Source of the DNA: Thermodesulfovibrionales bacterium
GTDB taxonomy: Bacteria > Nitrospirota > Thermodesulfovibrionia > Thermodesulfovibrionales > UBA6898
Direction of reading: 5' to 3'
Assembly: GCA_044450345.1 (NCBI GenBank)
Contig: JBIOIY010000049.1
Location: forward strand, 1-22,400
DNA length: 22,400 bases
The translations under genes and the position numbers were made by a program. Below the pieces are notes generated by a model. The model was not told the origin of the DNA. It saw nothing but the letters and a program-made list of their open reading frames with translations, and did no database searches. Numbering within the stretch: the first letter of the stretch is position 1; each line of letters starts with the position of its first letter. Shown one piece after another: positions 16,405 to 22,400 of this stretch.

Positions 16405-16407
16405 TCT

Positions 16408-17244
16408 ATGAATTTGAAATTAACTAAACGAGTATATAGAGCGTGTCTCCTCGCGGCAGTGATAGTACTGACCGGGGTTGCGGCAGGTTGCGCCCACAGG
16501 CTCTACGCTCCGATGCAACCAACTGGCTGGAGTGCCCAGCCTATCGTGAGCATGTGCCGCTTTGCCCCTGACGCCGACCTGGACCCTGCCACCGGAACGC
16601 CGGCCGGGGACGAAGGGTATTACCTTTATATCCTGACTGAAGCTGCCAATTGGGACTTCAGCTATGCGCCGGGGCTTCTCTTTTCAATTTGGCGTCAGCC
16701 GTGGGCGCATAGTTGGATCATCCTCGAAAGTCCCGGGGATCGTCTGGAATTCGGCCACACCGGCGACTTCGGTCTGGAGAAACCGCGTTACCATCTGGGC
16801 GTGATACAGAGAATTCGGGAGGGAGACCCCAATCCTATCGCTTATTTGTGGCAGACGATGTCCGACGGCGAATTCCAGATCGGCAAGCCCCCTCGCCCGC
16901 CCACATTCGTCTGGAAAATGCCGATTACACAGCGACGGTATCAGCTGATATATGAATACGCGATGCACCGGAAGTATGACCAGTTCGGATTGAGGAGCAA
17001 CAATTGCACAGACATGGTGGCGGAGATAGCTGCGATGGCGGGCATCAACCTGGTCCACCGCATTCGCCTTTCCCTGCCGCCTGAGACAAAGTTCTTGGGC
17101 AAGAAGGCGCGTATCTGGACGGACCCACAATACCGCATACTGGAGTTCAGTACCCCAGAAGTTCTTGAGGTGGACCTGCGGCAGCTTGCCCGGATGGGAA
17201 TCGGGAGTGATGTCACCGAGTGGTATCTGGCTTTGCAACACTGA
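16408..17244 (+). CDS. Hypothetical lipoprotein, probable circularly permuted papain-like (NlpC/P60) enzyme
   Basis: Lipobox VAAG-C; AHSWIIL precedes FGLRSNNCTD (His before Cys); starts 3 bp after the GNAT stop. Confidence 0.7.
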   Translation: MNLKLTKRVYRACLLAAVIVLTGVAAGCAHRLYAPMQPTGWSAQPIVSMCRFAPDADLDPATGTPAGDEGYYLYILTEAANWDFSYAPGLLFSIWRQPWAHSWIILESPGDRLEFGHTGDFGLEKPRYHLGVIQRIREGDPNPIAYLWQTMSDGEFQIGKPPRPPTFVWKMPITQRRYQLIYEYAMHRKYDQFGLRSNNCTDMVAEIAAMAGINLVHRIRLSLPPETKFLGKKARIWTDPQYRILEFSTPEVLEVDLRQLARMGIGSDVTEWYLALQH

Positions 17245-17354
17245 AGATCGCTCGTTTGTTTGGCCGTATCGGGCTGGATTGATCCACCCGGCGAATGACT
17301 GTAAAATTTCTGTCAAAAGGTTAATGTATACCATTGAAGCATAGGTCTGACATA

Positions 17355-20300
17355 TTGGCTAAGCATAGGGACGACATCATTGCTTTTGTCTGGCGGCCCG
17401 AGGAGGTCATCCCACCTGTGATCCGGATGGCTCACAGAACAGGGAGCAGGGCCATCTTCGACTTTTCCTCGATGGGGGCGGAAGAGTTGCGTTCTTTCTT
17501 ACGAAAGGCCGACCCTGCCGGCCACGTCAGGGATATCAAGATTTCTGCCCCTGCCTTGATCGATCCATCTTTTGGGCGGCTCCTTCAGGAAACAGGGATC
17601 CAGGACATCTGGGTAGAATGCCACCCCCTGTTTTTCGGGGAGGATACCGCCCCCGTTCTCCAGAGATTGAGGGAATTGTCGCAAACCCACCGTTGCTTTC
17701 CGATCGTCGGGGACCTGGATCTTCTCACCACGATTTTGAAGGACAGCCCGGGAATCGGGCGCATCGTATTGAAAGGATGCGAGGCATCCGGATTCGTGAG
17801 CGGTGAGACGACCCTAGTTCTTTATTCGGCTCTCAAGGAAATGCTGCGTACCATCTCGAAGTCTCTGGACATCCTCATCTGGGGCGGCATCTGCACCCCT
17901 GAGGCGGCAGCGGCATTCCTGTCCACGGGGGCCACCGGGATCGTCTTTGAGAGCGTCCATTGGCTGACAGATCTGGTTGCCATTGATCACCTACAGCGGC
18001 GGCGGCTCGCCGGACTTCGCATGGATTCTACCGATCTGGTTGGCCTGGACCTGCAGGTCCCTTGCCGCCTTTTCAACAAGGGGAACTCGCTTGCGTTCAG
18101 GGAGATCAAGACGTTCGAGAACTCGCTGTGCGGAGCAGAGATCACGGAGGAAAGCCGCCGTTCCTTCATAAGCCAACTGCATGCCAGGGCCATCCACCCT
18201 CTCAACAGCCGTTTTAGCCAGGACGAGGTCATCCCTCTGGGTGTGGAGGCCGCCTTTGCTGCGTCCTTCGTTGAGCGTTTTGGGGCTGGAACCGGGGAGG
18301 CCGTGCAAGCCTTCATGGAGGAGATTCGAAACGTATGCCGCTCGGCTGAGGGGAAAAGGGATTGTTTTTTGGACAGCACTGTAGCCAGAGAGATGGGAAC
18401 CATGTATCCCTTTATCCAGGGCGCCATGTCCTCCATCACGGATGTCCCCGAATTTGCCTCAAAGGTGGCCGATGCCGGTGGACTGCCCACTATCGCCCTT
18501 GGCCTGATGGACGATGAGGCCCTTGACCGGAGGCTGGAACGTTTGCCTGAGATCATGGGAGGGCGCCCTTATGCTGTGAATGTCGTTTCTTTGGCAGAGA
18601 ACCCTTTGCGGGGGACGCATCTCGCCTGGATAAAGAAACACAGACCCCGCTTTGTGGTGATCGCAGGGGGTGACATCTCCCCCTTAAGAGAATTGGTAGA
18701 ATGCGGCATGGAGGTCATCTATATCGCTCCTGATGAGACCCTGATGAGGCTCGCCCTTGAAGCCGGCGCCGGGTACGTAGTCTGCGAGGGGTATGAGGCC
18801 GGGGGCCACGTCGGGCGACAGAGCACGCTCACCTTTGCTCAAACGGTGCTGGATCTGAAACGGCGCAAGCCGTCCCTCTTCCACGACCGCCGCGTGATCC
18901 TTGCAGGGGGGATCTTCAATCGGGAGACAGCATTCATAGCTACCATGCTCGGCGCGGACGCCATCCAGATGGGCACCACCTATCTGGCCACCCGGGAGAT
19001 CGTCGAGACCGGTGCCCTGTCGGCGCTCTATCAGCGGATGATCCTGGAATCGCCTCCGGGGGGAACCATCATTTCAGGCCAGGGCACCGGACTTCGGGTG
19101 CGCTCCCTGAGGACCCCGAAAATGGCATCTCTACTCTCCCTGGAGAGGGAGTTTGCAGCGGGCCGCCAGGACGAGCCTTCCTTCCGGGCGAAAATAGAAG
19201 AGATGTCCGCAGGGAGCCTCTTTGCCGCGGCCCGAGGGCTGGACAAGCCGGGAGGGGCGCCTCTTGATGAGCGGGCCTGTCTGCAACGCGGGCAATTCAT
19301 GAGCGGGGCATGCGCCGGCCTCATCGGTCGGGTCCGGACGCTGCGGTCATTTCACCGCGAGCTTGCCGAAGGACCTCTTTTGCTGCATCAGCCTTTTGTA
19401 GAAACCCCATCCTCGCAAGTTGGCCACAGCCTCACCCGGGTCGCCCCGTATAAAGTCTCTCATGAGAGGATTGCCATCACAGGGATGAGCATTGTCAATG
19501 CCTTGGGGAATAGCCCGGAGGAGGTCTGGGCCGCAAGCCTGGCAATGAAGAGCGGGATTACATTGGTTCCGCCTTCCCGATGGGACCACGGGCGTTTTTA
19601 TGATCCCCGGCCGCATGTTCCGGACAAGACCTACTGCCGGGTGGGCGCCTTCCAGGATTTTCATATTTCCCGCAATGATCTCGGGATCTCCCCGCAGGAT
19701 TTCCGGACCATGACCAAGGCCACAAAGATCACGCTATGGCTGGCAGAGAGGGCCATCCGGGCCTCGGGCATCCTGGAGTCGGACATCCCGCGCGAGCGAA
19801 TCGGGGTCCTCATCTCTCAGAACTCGGGAGAGGCGGCGGGAACACTTTCCAATATTCACATCAGGGCGTACGTTCACGACATCCTCGCCGACATCAAGAA
19901 GGCCGTTCACCTTACGCCGAATCAGTTGAGCGCCATCGAACAGGTGGTGAAGTCCGGTCGCATGGCCCCGGACGACACCACACTCCTCGGCAGACTCAAC
20001 TGCGCGGCGGCTGGTTTCATCTGCAACCGGTATGGGTTCATGGGGCCAAGCTTTGCGGTCTCCGCAGCCTGCGCGACCGCGCTGGTCGCACTGCACAGCG
20101 CCATTCAGATGGTCCGGAACGGCATCATCGATGCTGCCATTGTGGGAGGGGCCGAAGAGGACCTTACACACCTGCATTTTCTGGAATTCTCCGCACTCGG
20201 TGCACTTTTTGGACTGTCCGGACAGGAAAGACCCCCTCGCGAGACCTCCCGTCCCTTCGATGCCGAACGAGACGGCATGGTGCTCGGCGAAGGCGGGGGA

Positions 20301-22400
20301 ATGATCGTCATCGAGCGGGAAAGCCTGGCACGCGCAAGAGGGGCGCTTGTCCAAGCAGTCATCACCGGCATGGGGGCGAGCAACAACCATATGGGTATGG
20401 TGGAGTCCTCCAGTGTCAGCCAGGAAATGGCCATCCGCGCCTCTTTCCACGGGATACCCTACGGGCCTGATGCGGTGGACCTCGTGGAATGCCACGCCAC
20501 GAGCACGCGGCAAGGGGACGTGGAGGAGATACGTGCCCTGAAGGCCGTCTTCGATTCCTCAAGGCGCACGGTGATTACCTCATTCAAATCCCAGATCGGA
20601 CACACACTGGGCGCCTCGGGTATTAATAGTCTTATTCGGGGGGTCACGGCTATGAAGTCTGAGGTTTTCCCTGCCACCCTCAATTATATGCATCCGGACC
20701 CGGAAATCGACTTAAAGGGATCGGGTCTCCTCATCACCCAGGAGCCGATTGATTGGAAGTGCGGGGCCGGCCAGCCGAGGAGGCTTCAGGTCAACGCATT
20801 CGGGTTCGGAGGTTCCAACTACGTTGTACAGGTGGAGCAGGCCATGGATGAAGTGGATACGGTCCTGGTCTCCCCGGAAAGAGAATACGGTTTCGACAAG
20901 GAACCCGATCTCCGTAGAAAGAAGGGGGGTGGCTCTCCGACGCTCCAGGGCATCTCTTTCTTCCGGACTGAGATCGACGGCAAGAACTGCCGGATGGCCG
21001 TCGTGGCTCAATCCGAAGAGGAGGCGCTCACGGTCATCGAGAGGTCGGCAGCCCTTGCTGAAGCCGGGACCGCTTCACCCAAAGTATTGAGGTCCCTGGC
21101 GCAGCAGGGGATTTTTGCGAGCAGCGAGGACCTGCCGGCACGACCGCTAGCCTTTGTTTTTCCCGGACAGGGGGCACAGTATGGAGGAATGGGACGGGAT
21201 CTCTACGAGTCCTTCCCCGTCATTAAGGAGTGGATGGATCGGGCTGCAGCTGCAGCTGACTTCGACCTCCTTCACTTATTGTTCCACGATCGGGAGGATA
21301 ATCTTGCGAAAACCCGGTGGCAGCAACCAGCCATGTTCGCCATTGAACACGCCATGGCCCGATACCTCACCACCCTGGGCATCCACCCCATGGCGATGGC
21401 CGGCCATAGTTTGGGCGAACTGACCGCCCTGTGTCTGGCCGGTGTCTATTCCCCAGAGGACGGGTTTCGAATCGTGAACAAGAGGGCCCTCTGCATGGAC
21501 AAAGCCGCTGCCGTGCACGTTGAACCGGGCGTTATGATGGCCGTGGATGTCCCCCTGGATCTGATTAAAGAGATGATCCATGGACTGGAGAATGTCCACA
21601 TCGGCAATATCAATTCACCGCACCAGGTTGTCCTGAGTGGCAATACCGAGGCGGTCAAGGATCTTTGTAAAAAAATAAAGGGAATGGGATACCGGGCCAC
21701 CCTTTTGCCGGTCAGCATGGCTTTCCACTCTCCTATCATGAGGGTCATCCATGATGAGCTCGCGGCGTACATTGCCTCCATACCATTTCATTCCCCGCAG
21801 ATTCCCGTCATCTCCAACACGACCATGGCACCGTATCCATCAGATCCCAATGAGATCAGGCGAATCCTGATGGCCCATCTGGAATCTACCGTCCATTGGA
21901 TAAACAATGTCCGGACCCTTTGGAATGACTACGGAGTCCGGCTCTTCGTTGAGGTGGGCCCCGGTGATATTTTAAGCAATCTCATCGCAGACACGCTTCC
22001 TGAACCGGCTTGCATCCAGACGTGCCTTCCCTCTGCAGAGGGCCTGACCTACAAGACCGCTCTTGCTCAGCTCTTCGTCGAAGGTTATTTTGAGATACAA
22101 GGAGAACTGAGGTTTGTTTCCCTCTCTGCATTCAGGAAGGCCCCTGCATCGGGCCGCAACACCCTGGACGTAGTGGTCTCCCCTGCCCCCTCCGAGACGT
22201 CTGAGCATCAGCACCATATAGAGGCGCTTGTTCAAATCATCATGGGCGCTACAGGATTTAACAGGGATGAAATCCGGCCTGATATGGATCTCAGAAGGGA
22301 CCTCTCCATCCGCTCCAGCCGTCTCCCGATAATCATGGATGCAGCGGAACGCCATTTCGGGATCACCATCGAACTGGAGGATTTTATAGGTCTCCGCACC
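17355..22400 (+). CDS. Type I PKS/FAS, Pfa-like: FabK-type ER x2, KS, AT, ACP; 3' end lies beyond the window; not in ORF track
   Basis: All motifs are in one frame with no stop seen. ER2: YPFIQGAM, EGYEAGGH, LAGGI. KS from 19464: ERIAITGM, SAACAT (Cys 20070), ECHATST, KSQIGH. AT: FPGQGAQ, GHSLG (21402), MAFHS. ACP-like region from about 22215. Start uncertain (TTG 17334/17355 or GTG 17418). Confidence 0.93.
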   Translation, partial: MAKHRDDIIAFVWRPEEVIPPVIRMAHRTGSRAIFDFSSMGAEELRSFLRKADPAGHVRDIKISAPALIDPSFGRLLQETGIQDIWVECHPLFFGEDTAPVLQRLRELSQTHRCFPIVGDLDLLTTILKDSPGIGRIVLKGCEASGFVSGETTLVLYSALKEMLRTISKSLDILIWGGICTPEAAAAFLSTGATGIVFESVHWLTDLVAIDHLQRRRLAGLRMDSTDLVGLDLQVPCRLFNKGNSLAFREIKTFENSLCGAEITEESRRSFISQLHARAIHPLNSRFSQDEVIPLGVEAAFAASFVERFGAGTGEAVQAFMEEIRNVCRSAEGKRDCFLDSTVAREMGTMYPFIQGAMSSITDVPEFASKVADAGGLPTIALGLMDDEALDRRLERLPEIMGGRPYAVNVVSLAENPLRGTHLAWIKKHRPRFVVIAGGDISPLRELVECGMEVIYIAPDETLMRLALEAGAGYVVCEGYEAGGHVGRQSTLTFAQTVLDLKRRKPSLFHDRRVILAGGIFNRETAFIATMLGADAIQMGTTYLATREIVETGALSALYQRMILESPPGGTIISGQGTGLRVRSLRTPKMASLLSLEREFAAGRQDEPSFRAKIEEMSAGSLFAAARGLDKPGGAPLDERACLQRGQFMSGACAGLIGRVRTLRSFHRELAEGPLLLHQPFVETPSSQVGHSLTRVAPYKVSHERIAITGMSIVNALGNSPEEVWAASLAMKSGITLVPPSRWDHGRFYDPRPHVPDKTYCRVGAFQDFHISRNDLGISPQDFRTMTKATKITLWLAERAIRASGILESDIPRERIGVLISQNSGEAAGTLSNIHIRAYVHDILADIKKAVHLTPNQLSAIEQVVKSGRMAPDDTTLLGRLNCAAAGFICNRYGFMGPSFAVSAACATALVALHSAIQMVRNGIIDAAIVGGAEEDLTHLHFLEFSALGALFGLSGQERPPRETSRPFDAERDGMVLGEGGGMIVIERESLARARGALVQAVITGMGASNNHMGMVESSSVSQEMAIRASFHGIPYGPDAVDLVECHATSTRQGDVEEIRALKAVFDSSRRTVITSFKSQIGHTLGASGINSLIRGVTAMKSEVFPATLNYMHPDPEIDLKGSGLLITQEPIDWKCGAGQPRRLQVNAFGFGGSNYVVQVEQAMDEVDTVLVSPEREYGFDKEPDLRRKKGGGSPTLQGISFFRTEIDGKNCRMAVVAQSEEEALTVIERSAALAEAGTASPKVLRSLAQQGIFASSEDLPARPLAFVFPGQGAQYGGMGRDLYESFPVIKEWMDRAAAAADFDLLHLLFHDREDNLAKTRWQQPAMFAIEHAMARYLTTLGIHPMAMAGHSLGELTALCLAGVYSPEDGFRIVNKRALCMDKAAAVHVEPGVMMAVDVPLDLIKEMIHGLENVHIGNINSPHQVVLSGNTEAVKDLCKKIKGMGYRATLLPVSMAFHSPIMRVIHDELAAYIASIPFHSPQIPVISNTTMAPYPSDPNEIRRILMAHLESTVHWINNVRTLWNDYGVRLFVEVGPGDILSNLIADTLPEPACIQTCLPSAEGLTYKTALAQLFVEGYFEIQGELRFVSLSAFRKAPASGRNTLDVVVSPAPSETSEHQHHIEALVQIIMGATGFNRDEIRPDMDLRRDLSIRSSRLPIIMDAAERHFGITIELEDFIGLRT

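Noticed and set aside
17499..22355. Many short ORFs listed across the PKS region
   Set aside because: Shadow ORFs on other frames or the opposite strand of one long + strand PKS frame with clear motifs.

Overview
Bacterial window; the gene set looks Desulfobacterota/deltaproteobacterial, which is an inference. It has two parts. (1) 200-7270, minus strand: small stress/envelope genes (CsbD, Lmo0937 family, ABM monooxygenase, OmpA-like and other lipoproteins, cupin). The csbD arm lies behind a complete sigma54 promoter (-24/-12, IHF-like site, tandem palindromic enhancer). There is also a REC-AAA+-HTH sigma54 activator, a decayed copy of that activator's 3' end, and a probable collapsed histidine kinase remnant. 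(2) 7523-22400: a candidate lipid synthesis and trafficking locus. It holds mlaE, mlaF fused to a degenerate GGDEF domain, mlaD, mlaC, an AsmA-family protein with a 75-aa tandem duplication, and an exported protein with an in-frame palindromic insertion. It continues with a lipobox-bearing cardiolipin-synthase-type PLD, a YghO/bacterial ceramide synthase-like GNAT, a permuted papain-like lipoprotein, and a large PKS/FAS (FabK-like ER x2, KS, AT, ACP). The PKS is absent from the ORF track because it runs off the window. All family calls come from motif recognition by eye; no searches were run.
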